Source: Euglena gracilis (Eukaryota). Taken from it: a DNA stretch of 64,000 nt. The notes beneath the pieces were generated by a model that had not been told where the DNA came from, searched no databases, and saw nothing but the letters and a program-made list of their open reading frames with translations. This document shows, piece after piece, positions 23,200-36,744 of the stretch (positions are counted from its first letter, which is position 1; the number at the start of each line of letters is the position of its first letter). The position numbers and the translations under genes were made by a program. Location: assembly GCA_039621445.1 (NCBI GenBank), contig CP154954.1, forward strand, positions 5,681,919 through 5,745,918, read 5' to 3'.

Positions 23200-26100
23200 G
23201 ACGCACAAAGTTGTGAAAAACCGCGAAGAGATCAAGTGATCTTGATCACTCACGATTTCGTTCGGTAAACCCATTAAGCAGAAACATTTCTCCGGGAATA
23301 TAGATGCCAAAATTTGGGCTGTAACCCTGCTTTCCGGCATGGAAAGGCTACTATGTACCCACTCAGCCCACAGACGACAACATAAACGTAAATTTTGCCA
23401 TCTGATCCTTTGCAAGGTTCAAGTTCGAGAAAATCCATGCAGAGGGACGTAAAAATGTCTGGTGGTACAGGGAAAAAGTCCATCGTACCAGGGGGGGTAC
23501 CTCTGCGCGGTTTCACAGCCTGGCAAATTTGGCACCGTTGCGAAATTCACAAACAGCGCGAATATAAATCTTTTTCACTCAGGGTTGTACAATACTTGCG
23601 GCCCACCAGTGAAAGAAGTTTGGGGGCCCCAGGGTGACCACGGTTGCGATAGCTCAAAATCACATCATCAACCTGGTCTTGGGGTATACAATATTAATAA
23701 CCAGAATCATTCCGTAAAATAAGCCGCAATGGTGATAGAGAGTAATTCTCTATGGATTCACAATTACGAAGTCTATTCACAATGGTACTACATATAGGGT
23801 CACGAACAAACCCATTCACAGAAAAATAGGGGGGTAGGAGTTTCCGTACGCGTAATGCGACGGGGTCCGGCAGTGCGTCCACGCAGGCGCCTTCCACGCA
23901 ATGGTGAAATGGCGATGCTGCGATATACCCGGGAAACGGGTAGGGAATCGAGCATGTTGTCTGCACCGTCGGGTCGACGTGCGAACTGGTCAGCCTCATG
24001 GCTGCCATGAAAAGTCGCATCACCCTCATCCGGGTTCCAAGGATAATACCAGGGGGCTCGGCTGACAGGATCCGCAACGTTTTGTGTGTGACCTGGGGTA
24101 TATATAACCAGCAGGTTAAACTGGCTCAAGAACTCATGCCATCAGCACCTTCTTCCCACTGATGACATGGCCTTGCTTAGGTATACCAGGTCCTCGGTAT
24201 ACCAGTTTTGAAGGCTCTCATCGTCAACACGAGTATCTGGACCAAGCTGCTGGCTATCCAGCTGCGGAATTGCTGGAGAATAAGCACAATGGCATATGTC
24301 TCCTTTTCGAGAATGCTCCATTTAACCTGTCCTTTCCCGTTGTCGCCTTGTAGCTTTCTGCTGAAGAAAGCCTCCGGTGGGAGTTCATTTGCTGCATTAT
24401 GCTGGCTAAGAACCACGCAGCCATATTGGTTTATACCCCATAAATTTCCAAGTATATCCCATTCCAGAGAGCCCCATAGCCCTGTGCGGCCCTCGTCCTT
24501 CATACCCACCTTTCTCTTCACCGGGTAAAGCCCCCCCGCTCTTCCCTGGCTATCTACCCAGAATTCCTTGCTACCGCTAATTATCAGGCTAATTGGGGTC
24601 CACTTTTGCGCACGTCCCCAGCCCCCTTTGCACACCAATGGACCATTTTCCTCGATTGTCTTGCCCTTTTGGCTCCTCCCCTGTATAAGAAATTTTTCCC
24701 CAGCATCTCGCTCATTCGCCTGGCTGATTTTTGCCGGTCGCGTTCAAGCGCTTATCAGAAAGCGTTCTTCCCAGGACATACGGTTTGTATGGATACGCGC
24801 TATCGAGAACCACGTTCTCGAAGAGCATGTCCTTGATTTTATTCAAGACCTCGCGCATTTGGTCATCCCAAATGACTTTTGCGTTATCGGGTGTCCAATT
24901 TTTGAGTCGTCGGGTTAGGGGTACCGCGATTTTCGCGAAATCTTTCATGTAAATCGCGTAGTATTGGGCTAATCTCAAAAATACCTTTAAATACGTTAAG
25001 ATCTTAATGACCTCAGGAGTCCATTTCTTAATGGCCTCCATCTTGCTGGGTGCGGCTTTATACTGCCCGTTGCTCAGTATGTGCCCGCAAAACTTAATAA
25101 TTTTGCAAACAGGTGCATTTTGGAACCCTTCACAAAAAGCAAATGCTTTTTGAACGCGGACAATACCACCCGCACATCGCGATAATGCGGTTCGAGGATA
25201 TCCTCGCCCGATTTCGCGGATGGCGGTTCGGTTCCCACCAGTACATCATCGATGTAGACCAGAGCAAACGGTATATCGCGCAAAAACCCACTGGATCATG
25301 CGTTGAAACATGGCTGGGCCATTCTTAACACCCATGGCAAAGTACCGTCCACTGGTACACACCGTTGGATGTCACGAATGCCGTGTACGGTTGCGAATCA
25401 GGATGCAAATGCATCTGATGGGAACCGTCCTCCAGATCAAAGATTGACCACAACCGGTTATCCGATTGTCTCGTGATCAAATCCTCGATCACCGGTAACG
25501 GGAAGGGGTCATCCTTCGTTTGAGAGTTCAGGTACCGGTAATCCAGCACCAGTCTCCACTTCTTCTGACCAGACTGGTCAGCTGGTTTGGGCACCACAAA
25601 GGCTTGTGATGTCCATTCGCTCTTAGAAGAGATCCACTTCCGCTGGATGAGCTTCTCAATCATCTCGTTGAGAGCTTGTTCGCGTTCACCCGAACAACGG
25701 AAGAATTTCCGGTGCATGGGCTTTGCGCCATCCTTGAGCTCGATTTTGCAAACACCGAACGGACCGCGAATCGCGGGGGTTGTCGCAGGCGTAAACTGGG
25801 TTATCCAGTACACCATGGAAGTCGCGAGTAATTCGCGAATAGTAGTCAGCAGACTTGGGGCGTTGGTCCGCACTCTCAATGACCGCAGAAGTCTGCGTTG
25901 AGGGTGTGGCATCCCCATTGGTACCAAGGTATCTTGGCACACGCAAATCGAATATTCCGAATGCGTCGAAGAAACAAACGCGAGAAATGATTTCTTTAAC
26001 AGGTGGTAATAATATACCACAAAAGTCCCCAAATAGTGGTACATCAGCGGGGAAATCCCACCAATGAAAACACACATAGGATAGTTGGTGAAACCAATCC

Positions 26101-29100
26101 GCATTCGGATTGACGGGTATGAGGAGAGCTCCTCGCGCTCCATCGCGGAGGATTTTCTCCACCACATCCGGGATAAGTTTTGGGGGAGGGTACATCCAGA
26201 GCACCGTATCACCACAAAATTTGAGATATGCGTTGGAATGTCGCGACCAATATCGCGACAAGCGCGCATGCGCTTTTGATGAAAACGTATCAATTTACAA
26301 CGACAAATAGAAGGAATCAGTCAAAACCGCAACTTTGAGAACCATTCCTCCAAAATACGGTATTGACCAAAGTTAAACGCGTTCCGTACGCGCATCGCGT
26401 AGGTGTCGACCTGGTTCGCGGGTTGAAGAGCGGTAACACAATTCAGGGATCCGCAAACATAGGTCAGGGTGTCATCCACACTCCCTAGGGGCATTCCCAA
26501 GGGTTGATGGGTTGGATGGGTGCATACCCAGTCCATATCGTGCCAGATGGAGGTGGGGGAGGTGTGTGACACGGATTTCGCGGTCCCAAACAACAAGGTA
26601 ATACCTCGTTGTTGGATCACTTGGTGTACGGTCGCCCATTGCGATCCCGCAACCAAGCGTATGGTTACGCGAAACCGGGATTAGTGTTGGTGTTTGGACT
26701 AAACATCCACAATCGAAATCTGGCTGGGCGGAAATTCTCCTACAGTGCACACATTGGAAGGAAGTGTCAGAGTAGTGGTCCTGGTCGCACATGTTGGTCT
26801 GGTGAGGGTGTGTGTAAAAGTTGGGATGCGCTTTTGAAGCTGCTGGGGGGTGTACAGATGTATCTGACAGCGATACATCTGGTGGAAAACGGGGTATTGG
26901 TGCAGCTGGGCGACTACTCGACACCGTTATAACTTCAGGCCTTTGGGTTTTCGTCTTGTAACCCAATGAAACGAGGGGGGTACCGCTACCCGCTTGCCCT
27001 GCCTCATGGGAACGGAAGTTGGTGTGTCAATGGGCAGGGGGTGAACTTTCTCGGTACACCCGGAATGGAAAACGTTGGTTAGTGTGGTTGGTAACGGGGT
27101 AAAAGTTTTCGAAAACGGTGTGGAAAAATTGGTGGTCGTCGCGGTTGACGCCACAGGTGATGAAATTTTGGGGGGTAATGAAGAGAATGGTGATGTGCGC
27201 AGACCGTGGGAGTGGCAATCCACTACCAGCCGGTGCTGACGTAAAAAGGGGTATCCCAGAATTACGTCAGAACCATGGATTCTGGATTCATATCCCCAGG
27301 TATCCGGAAAATGTTGCGGTTGGGGGATGTGAGTGGTGCTGGGGATGAGGTGTAGGACTATGTGCAAAAGGCATCCAAAGTCACCACCGCACCTGGGGGT
27401 GTTGTCAGCCGTCGTAATTTTGATCGGCTTCTTGGCTTTCACCAAGAGGGGGCTTGGTATCAACCCGAACCGAAAAAGCAGTGCAATGCGACAACCAGTG
27501 TCAATGAGAATTTTGACTTTTGCACAAAATTTTTGGATTTTGATTTCCGCTTCAACCAAAAGTTCCATGAGGGGTAAGCAAAGTGAAGGGTCTGGCTAAA
27601 ATACGTTTTCTTGCCAGCCTTCCCATGATCCCTTTCCTACTTTGCACAACATTCCGAGCAGAAAGTTGGATTGGGGGGTGGGGGACCCGAAAATTTTCCG
27701 GGTACCGACCAGAAAGGCAGATGGGCAGGGGGGGCAGGGTTGATGAGGTCCTACCTCCATCTGTTCATCCGCCCAGAGGTCCGTGCCCTCGGACCTCGGG
27801 CTCCCCTACTCCAGGTCCGAACCGGCCGAATAGCCGGCTATGGGCCTTTTAAAGGTATAAACCGATTTCAACGTGCGCACCGCCATGCCGGCCTCGTCGA
27901 AATCAGTATCCGTGGTCTCATCCCCCTCCCTGCCTGAAGCGCCGGTGTCATCCTCCAAACAAGATATCTTGAAACCGACTTTATGGCGGTTGGAGGAGAG
28001 ACTCTTGTCACCGCGATTCATACCGCGATGACTTTGGCCAGGGCGGGGGGAACGAGAACGCGGACATTTGGGTGAGTGGTGATCACCCGATCCACAAAAC
28101 CAACACCGGGATTTGTGTCGCGACTCTGGGTAACGGGGGGATCGGTTTACCAATTTCCCGTCAAACCGTCATGGTGAACGGGTATCCCGTCGACCATGAC
28201 CGGTTTATCGGGGTATTCCCGATGAGGAGCGCGAAGAGGATGATCCGCTCCTCTAACGCGATCGCGATGTCTCGCGATAAGAATCACGCTTCTTGGACGG
28301 GGCACCGGGTGACTTACCTCGAGGGGTACCGTGTTTCCGCTCATCGCAGAACGAGATCCGGCGGCTAATACCACCGAACGGCGACCCGATGACCGTGAAT
28401 TGCCCGATTGGCGTGAAAATGCGGAAGAACCCGAACCTCGTGATGAGGTCGAGCCTCGCGGACTCTGAATACGCTTACGCGCTTCAGGATTAGGACGTTC
28501 CCGAGACATATGTCCCGATTTGTTGCACAAAAAGCACACTTTATCCGTGGATTGGTCCGAAGAACGCGGGTATCGCGTTTTCGGTCCCGTGGTGGGTGAA
28601 GTGGGTGAAACCAGTGATTTTTGCAATGTGTTCACCGAACCAGCCGGTAATCCAGCGGTTGATTGTGTGTGTTATACGCGGATTGAATCCGACCAAGAAG
28701 CTGTGATAGCTTCAATTGCTTGGAAACGTAATTCCAGCGTTGGTCAAGAGTCATTGGATGACTCGCCAACTCCTCACGGTGGATATCCTTGATTAGGCCA
28801 GGCGTAAAACGCATGAGAACAGCGTCAAACTGTTCGCGCATTTGCTTTTCACTCAGTTCATCCACTTCAGCCGCAAGTCCTAACCATTTGGCATACCAAA
28901 GGTCAATGGACTTCCACTTGCGATCGGGTGGGGCGCATTGCCGCCACTTGGTCTCCAGGGTAATCCCAGCGACCAAACCTGAACTGGTAGAAGCGTATTG
29001 CTCTACCAGGTAATCAAAGGAAACGCGGTAGCGAAATACAAGTTGTCGCGCGCGCTCCTTCTCATCCCTTGGGAGGCAATCGATGAATTCCATCTTGATC

Positions 29101-31990
29101 ACCTCCAGGTTTGTGTCCTGGGTTGGCCCTTTCAATGCCCAGTAGTACTCCCAGTCCCGGAAAAACTGTCTCCATGTGGTTGGATCACCGTCCCATTGGG
29201 GTTTCACCTTGTTCGCGATTGCGATGGTGCCCTTGAAGTCTTTCTGAGAAACGAAATGACCATCGGTGGTATTCCGTGGATTTGGACCCGGGCACGCTCG
29301 AGCACCAAGCGTATGCTTTCCGGATTCCTGTCGGAATCGCGAAATTTCTGGTGACGGTGAATCTTGGTACCGGAAATCCGGTCGCACACCCTGTTGTTCA
29401 CCCGTAAAACGGGGACTCTCTGGTGTGGGGGTATGTCGCGCATGCAACATGTGACCCACTCCTGGTGTACTGGTTTGGCTCATTCCACGCACAAGCATGG
29501 AATGATGGATTTCTTGATGGAGACTTGGCGGAATCGCCGTGTTTTCCGAATATTAGGTTCCCGTAATGGGAAATTCATCCGAAAACTGGGTTTGGGTTGT
29601 GGACAGGGCCAATGGTGGCACAATTCGCGGAATAGCGGATTGTGACACTCGGGACACGGGTGGTGGTGGTTCATGTGCACCCAGAGCCAGGTTATGGAAA
29701 CGCGAATCTGGAACATTTGGCGCATCTTCGGCAATGCATACTGCCGAACTGTGGTGTGAAACCCGCTGTCGGTTGGACACATTATCCAAACCCAGACAAG
29801 TCATGCACACTTTGTTCCAAATGCTCAACGAGTTGGAGTTGGCCGCAAATACGGTCAAATTCATCCTCCAAAGCGCGAATACGCTTGCGGGAAAAGTCAT
29901 CCAAATGCGGAACCCTTTCGGAAATTCCGGTAACATCTTGGAAAAGGTTCCCGTGAGACTCATCCAATAATTGGAGTTGTCCCATTAATGCTTTTACAGC
30001 TTTTGAGAGAATCTGCAAAGGTGGTGTCACCTTGGTTGGTGTGGTGTTGGGTGCAACCGGTGCGGGGTTATCCAACAACGCGGTTGTGGTACCCATGGGC
30101 AAATTTCCGGGTTGTGGCTTATCCAAAAACGCGGAAATTCGCTCATCCAACCTGGTAATCTCACCTTGCGTGGATCGGGCATTCCGATTCACCGATTCCT
30201 CAAGACGTAATAGGCTGTTGCAAAAATCTTGCAAGGTTTCCTGATTGCCAGTGAGCATTTTGTCATAAAATGCCTTGAAATCAGGGTTCTCGGTAATCAG
30301 GGAACTGGACCCTGCTGGTAAAGACTGCATTTCTGTTACTTTGGTAGACACCGATGCATACCGGGTCTGGAGTTCCCCAACAGCAGTTTGAATACCGCTT
30401 ATGTCCGGAACTCGGTGGGAAAGTGCGGAATAGCTTTGTTGCAAACCCGCAATGGCCGATTTAATCCCGCCAATGTCGGATTGCAACTGCAAGTGCGTGG
30501 AATCCTGCCGTTGTGCTACTTCCGCCACTTTCGCGCACAGATTGGATAATCCAACCTCATTTGCCTCACAATAGCAGGTTTTCTGCTCCAAACGGGAAAG
30601 TCGCTCCTCCAACTGCCGCCCACACGTGTGGGGAGCAAAATTCTCGTTGGCTTGTTACTGGAATTGCCGAAACTTTTCCGTTTTATCGCACAACTGCATA
30701 ATGCGCTGTTGCGATTCATGGAAAGTTGCGGACAATGTGGTGAAATGGTGCATAGACACAAATCCACCACTGTTTGTTGTTGCAGACGAGGAATCTCGTG
30801 CCTGCAACTGTTGTTGCAAATGCAACAACGCGGATGAACAGGACTCCATTTGTCCCGATAACTGTCGTAGTGAGTCATGCAAGTGCAGAAACTTGGAGTC
30901 ATTCCGCGTTCCGCTTCATGCATGCATTCACTAATTAGCCGGAAGTCCTGGGGGAGTTGTTGGCACATTTTGTCAAAGGTTTCCCGAAAGATTGCAAGGT
31001 CAATACCCGCACTTTCGATGTTCCTCTGGCAATTTTTGCCAACTTCCTGCAAATAAATCCAGCAGTATTCCAGCTTGGTGAAGCCATGTTTTTGGTTGTC
31101 CTCATCAAACTGGAGCACTTTGTTGAGTGCGGTTGCACAATCTGCAACGCATTGTTGCACATGGTTGAACTGCCTCACAAGGGGGTGATCCCCTGGAAGC
31201 CGAGCAACGATATCCTGCACATCCTCAGCAATGAGGAGCTCCCCAGTGCCCTTCCCATAGCCATCCATGGGTTGGGACGTACCGGAGAATTCCGGTACCA
31301 CTAGGCCAGTCTCCGGTTGCCAAGGTAGTGCGGGATAGCACCCAAGATCGGGTGGTGGCAAAGCTCTATAAGGGCTTGCCGGTGGAAGAACGGGTGGTGG
31401 TTGAAAGAAACACGGGGTTTCTAGCCCACCATCACCAGAGAAGCCCCGTGGCGGAATCACCACGGGTCTCTCCGGTGTGCGCAGCTGCACCATTGCCGCA
31501 AACAGAGGCGAATACCCCCGTTGTGGCAAGGTGGGTGCGGAAGAGGCCGCATTAGCCTCTGAAGCCAATGATGTGGAGGGCTCATCGCCGACCACTGTCA
31601 AGGACGACAAATGTTGCAATCTTGACAATTGAACCAATTGTGCCTCATCGGCGTGGGAACCGGAAGCACTTTCACATAAAAGCTTCCAATCCCCATTTTC
31701 TTGGTCAATGTCTTGCAATGAGGTCATTTTCGGGTAAAAAAGCCGAAAAAATCGAAAATTTTCTTTTTGCCCAACGCGATGTTTTTTTGGAGGAAAACGG
31801 GGCGCTGGCGGGTGGAAAAACGCTCATTATTCGGCCCAAACTCACTTCCGGTGATTTTTGGGTCCAAAAAGTCGAAACAATCGAAAAAAAATTTCGTTCA
31901 GACCACTGCTTTTTGGCTATCCTGACCCGAAAAAGGTGTATTTTGAGCCACAAATGAGTGTCTCTTCACCCCCCGGCGCCCTGTTTCGGG
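23200..31990 (-). mobile_element. Gypsy family A copy A2, inverted and truncated within integrase
   Basis: Reverse-complement homologue of A1: gag ~31727-28020, PR 27568-27150 (ILIDTGC), MTase-like ~26340-25950 (LWMYPPP), RT ~25760-25040 (VYIDD), RH, INT 5' part 23720-23200. Confidence 0.9.
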
Positions 31991-31998
31991 CACAAATG

Positions 31999-32320
31999 TG
32001 TACCAGGCGTATGCTTCTGTCCCCTTCCGTTGAGGAAGTTACGATGGAAGCAGAGCCTATGAGGATTTCCTAATGGGTGCCCCTTCTCTCTCCACAGGTG
32101 GTATTCTGTTCTATTCTTTATTCTGTTTTGTCTTTCCTTTTTCTCCGGACCGGACTTGGATATCCAGTCCGTCCTCCCTGCATTGCTTTGTGCTTTGCTT
32201 ATTGGGAAGTGGGAAGGGGGTTTTTCTGTTACTCTGATTTTCAGTTCCCAAGTAGGTGCGCCAAGGCGAAAGCGAAGGCTTTTGGGAATTGGGAAAGGGG
32301 AATTGGGAATCAGACGTACA
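31999..32320 (+). repeat. LTR related to 2315-2766, followed by tRNA-iMet-type PBS
   Basis: TGTACCAGGC...GACGTACA, then TGGTAGCAGAGG at 32323; a second ACACTTGGTAGCAG at ~32391; no coding internal region follows. Confidence 0.65.
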
Positions 32321-33516
32321 CTTGGTAGCAGAGGAGGTCACGATCCTACACATACAGCCCGTACAGAAAAAAAAAAGGCTACCAGGTATTACACTTGGTA
32401 GCAGATTGGTTCGGCGGTCCAAAACGGGGCGCTGGCGGGACGTAAAAACGCTCGTTTTCGGCCCAAACAGTTTTTTTGGGTTCGGGAGGCCCAAAAACAT
32501 CGTTTGTGGCAAAAAAAATATTTTTCGATTTTTTTCGACAGGGGGAGGAGGAGCCGGAGCAGGACAGGGGGAGGAGGAGCCCGACCCGGACAGGGGAGGA
32601 GCCGGAGCAGGAGCTCCGGCTCCTTGCAATTTTTAATTTAGCAGATTTTTCAATGGTGTTGGGGAGAGGGGAAAGCGGTTCAAAAGGGGAGATTTTTTTC
32701 CTCGTTTTGGTCTTCAATTTGCATTTAACTTTGGTCATAGCTCCCAAGAGCCATGAAAATTAAATTTTTGCGAAACGGATCATTCGTGCCTAAAACGGGA
32801 AATAATTACCAATTGTCGAAAAAAATCCTCTGACCTTGAAGTTGAGAATAGTTAATGTTTACAACTGGTTGGGTTGCGTGAAAGAAATGGGATTTAACAC
32901 CCTGATATCGTGCACAAAAACTGGTGCGTTGCATGTTTTCCGAGAAAAAAACGAGGCATCATTGTGGCAATAGCGGAAAAATGATTCCCGGTCGAGGAAA
33001 CAGGAAGATTACACACACGTAATTTTGAAATTCTGGAAGTCGTTGTTCTTTTTTAAGAAAAGTGTCCAGCAATCTTGGGGGGGTTACGCGTCATCAATTC
33101 CTCCCGCGTAACTTCCAAACTGATGGCACGAAAATGATCGGTCGTGCGGGTTGGAGATAACACATTCAAACATGCCCTTGGAGAGGACAAATTTTCTCCA
33201 GTCATACAATGTGTTCTACTGCACGTTTCGTATAATATAAAAACCAGAATTTTTGTCACCACACAATGTCTTCAAAAGTGATGTGCCCACATTGGTCGGT
33301 GTGCGAAAGTTCGCACATCAACTGTTAAGGATGAATAGCACTCCATAATTTGGAGGTCAAATAAAGGAGCATTTACAAGCCACCGTTCTTTGTCACACAT
33401 TGCAATCGGTACACATTCAAAATCCCTGGACAAACTTTCCTTCTAGATTCAAGAAAAGGCAGGTGTTTTGGTTCGTGAGGTAATACAAAAAATGTGAGTA
33501 TATTTCTCAAATTTCA

Positions 33517-33733
33517 CGTGGTTGGTGTGCACCAACCACATGTGTATTTTATGTAGGTGGTCGATGTGCGCAATGCGCACACCGACCACTTATTTATTTT
33601 TCGTGGTTGGTGTGCGCATTTCCGCACATCGACCATCAACAAATGGCACAAATGGTCAATGTGCGCAAATGCGCACACCAACCATTTACACAAAATACAA
33701 ATGTGGTTGGTGTACGCATTTGCGCACATGGAC
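33517..33733. repeat. Array of five imperfect palindromes (GTGGTYGRTGTGCGCA...TGCGCACAYCRACCA)
   Basis: Read directly; related single copies at ~33294-33322 and ~34139-34168. Confidence 0.75.
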
Positions 33734-35980
33734 CCTCATTTCATAAATATGTGTCATGTGAGTGTTCCATCGCTGGTCACACGTTTTGATCCGTCTGATA
33801 GCGGCAGAGTTCTGGTTTTTTTTGCCACAGTTATCATCCCATTTACCTGCACATCACATTGTCCAAAATGGTGGAAAGTCGGTCGCATTCAAACAGGTGT
33901 GCATCACCCTGCAGTTAAAGGAAGCACAGACACATCAAAATCCGTCATTGCAACTGCCAGGGTGTACAACCCACCTGTTTCACAGACAACAACACCAGCC
34001 TGTCCACTCCAGATGTTTCACACTCGTTAGGATCATGGCTTGAAACCTGTGTGTTTCCTAACCTGTATCGTGAGTTGCGAACCTCATACATTGCTGTTTC
34101 ACCAGGTGCTTTCGGCGCTTCACGAAAGTTGTAAAAAATGTCGATTTGCGCAATTGCCCACATCGACAAAGAAAAAAAGCTTAAGTGCGAGATGTGCCGC
34201 CTAAGTCAAATCCCTGCCCCATTGACAATGACGGGTCGGTACATCGCTTTTACATTTCTTGAAATCCAGAGGGGTCGGTATCAGGGGTTTTCTTAAGCCG
34301 GAGCTGGATCAAGGCTGGATCGGGACTGGAGGAACAGCCGAATTACCGAAAAAAATGCACGGCCAGGTGAGCTGGGCAGCCCATTTGGCTGGCCAGCCGG
34401 CGGCCGGCTTGTCCGGCCTCCGGCCGTGCTGGACACAACTTTATTTCACTCGACCCCCCGGGGGGGGGGCTCCCAGTCCGAATTTGGGCTGCTGGCTGGG
34501 TTTGAGGTGCTGGTGGTGGGGGGGGTCCACCCCCCCACCAGGCTTTCCCGTCCGTCCAGCCCTGCTTGTCCCCCCACTGCGCTCTCTCCAGGTCCCCACG
34601 GCGTTCCTCAATTTCGCCCACGCCGCCACGGGCAGCATGTCCAGCTTCAGTTTCATGGAGAGCCTCGTTGGAGAGAACAAGCAGCGGTGACCATCGTGGA
34701 ACTGTCTGCACACACACTCGACGCCACCGCTGCCAATTTTCTGGTGCCAGGCCTTTGGCCGACCAGCGTTTGGAGGACTCGTCTGAGCTCAACAAGTTTT
34801 GGCCAACGCCACACTTTCCTCAGCCCGTTTTTTTTACACGCTTTTTCGGCCAATTTTGGCCCCCTTTTTTTTCCTTCCAAAGCCTTTTAACAAAATTTTA
34901 AAAAAAGTTCAAACATTGAATTGAGCCCTTAGAGCGCCCTGTTGAAATTGGTTTTCACGCTGGATATGGCCAATTTGGCCTATCTGGTCGCAAAAAAAAA
35001 AGCGCAATCATTGTCAAAAAAACTTCCGGGAAAGAAAGTAAACTTCTGGGACCGAAAATTGAAGCCTGATTAACCGTCCTATCCCACGGTCCCCCCCCCC
35101 CCCATTCCCCGCAATACCCCGCCTTGCCCGATATATGGCCAAATTACGCCACCACGATTAAAAAAAAAAGTCCAAATACACTTATTTGAAAAGCGTAGAT
35201 TTTTTTCAGTGCCTCGCTTGGTCAGGCCATTTGGGCCGGCAGACCTTCCAGGCACAAAGGCGTCACCGCTTGGCCGCCTGGAAAGTGGGGGAGGCAATCT
35301 GCAGAAGGTGTTAGGGGAGGCCGCTTGGTCACCCAACAGTTACTTGTTGGCGGCGCGAGGGTTTACGCCGCAAGCCCCCGAGGAGCGTGAGGAAAAAATG
35401 GCCGTGGAATGTTGGATCTGAGAGTCTTTAGAAACTCCGCACGCAATTTGAAATAGACTGAAAAACAAAAAAAACCGGCAGGGAGAATTGGGGCAACACC
35501 TCTTTGGCTCTCCGGGTTTTTGAAGGCCAGTTTTTTTTGGGAAGGCTAGGCCCTTCAGTGCTTAATTTTCTGGAGTTGGCTGTTTCTAATTGTTTAATGG
35601 CGGAAAAAGTGCTGGTCAAAATCGTCAAAAGTGCGGGCGCGGCTGAACTACAAACCATCTTCGATGGTACATTTCTGTCGCGGGGAGCCGCGCGTGTCCC
35701 TTTTGGGGGTGACAGCACCTTCCAAAGGCGCAGTATGTGCACCCTACGTGCGCACATGCGCACCCTACAAGCATCCTCAGATTCACATGCCCGACAAGCC
35801 ACTGCCAATAGACTACGACGCGATGTGCGGCAGCTGCGCCATGGTGGTCACACCCAAAAAAAACTGTAAAACGAGGCCTCTTTCTTCTCGGAAGCCCTTG
35901 CGCGCGAGGAGGTGATTTGATTTCACGACAAGCAAGCCATGTAGTTAGACGCACCTTCAGTCACCCACCCCTTTGGGCCC

Positions 35981-36041
35981 CGCATCGCACTGCATCGCCC
36001 TGCATCGCCCTGCATCGCCCTGCATCGCCCTGCATCGCCCT
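35981..36041. repeat. 10-bp tandem repeat (TGCATCGCCC)x~6
   Basis: Read directly. Confidence 0.95.
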
Positions 36042-36744
36042 AGAGCCATCCAATGGTGCCCTATAACCGAAGACCAACGTTCCTAGCCCGAACCTCAGGC
36101 AACCCCGAGGCAACCTTACAGTCAACCCTCAGGCAACCGTCAGGCACATCCACACAAAATCCTGGTTGCTCACACTTTGCATCGGCCACACTAAAAAGGA
36201 GCATACAGCACACAGGGAAGCACAGAGTCAGTCACGGTGAGGTGAAGGTTAGTGTCAGGGTCAAGGTGACAGCACCGCCAATGACAGTGTCACTGGGCCT
36301 CTGCCCTCTCGAGCTTGTCCAAACACCCCTGGCACACTGCCACGCAGGTGGGGGGCAGGGCATCCATTGGCTGCAGCCATTTGCGGTACACAAGGCGGCA
36401 TGCCACTCGTGTAGAAATCAGGCACACAAATACAGCAGGGGCACTGTCAGCAAAGGTTTTTGGGGGGTCACACTTCCCGGGGATCCCGCTTCTTGGCCTC
36501 CAGCCGACCTTCCTCGACATCCAACTCGCGACTTTGTGTACTAAATTTGCGGCTCGTTGGATGCCAATCCTTCTAAAGGCGCAGTATGCGCACCCTACAC
36601 GTGCGCACATGCGCACCCTACAAGCATCCTCAGATTCACATGCCTGACAAGCATTCACGGATGCAAATGATCATGCACGTGCCTACAACCGCAACTACAG
36701 TCGCCCGTTTATCCTACAACTTAAGATTCTCCCCCATAACCTCC

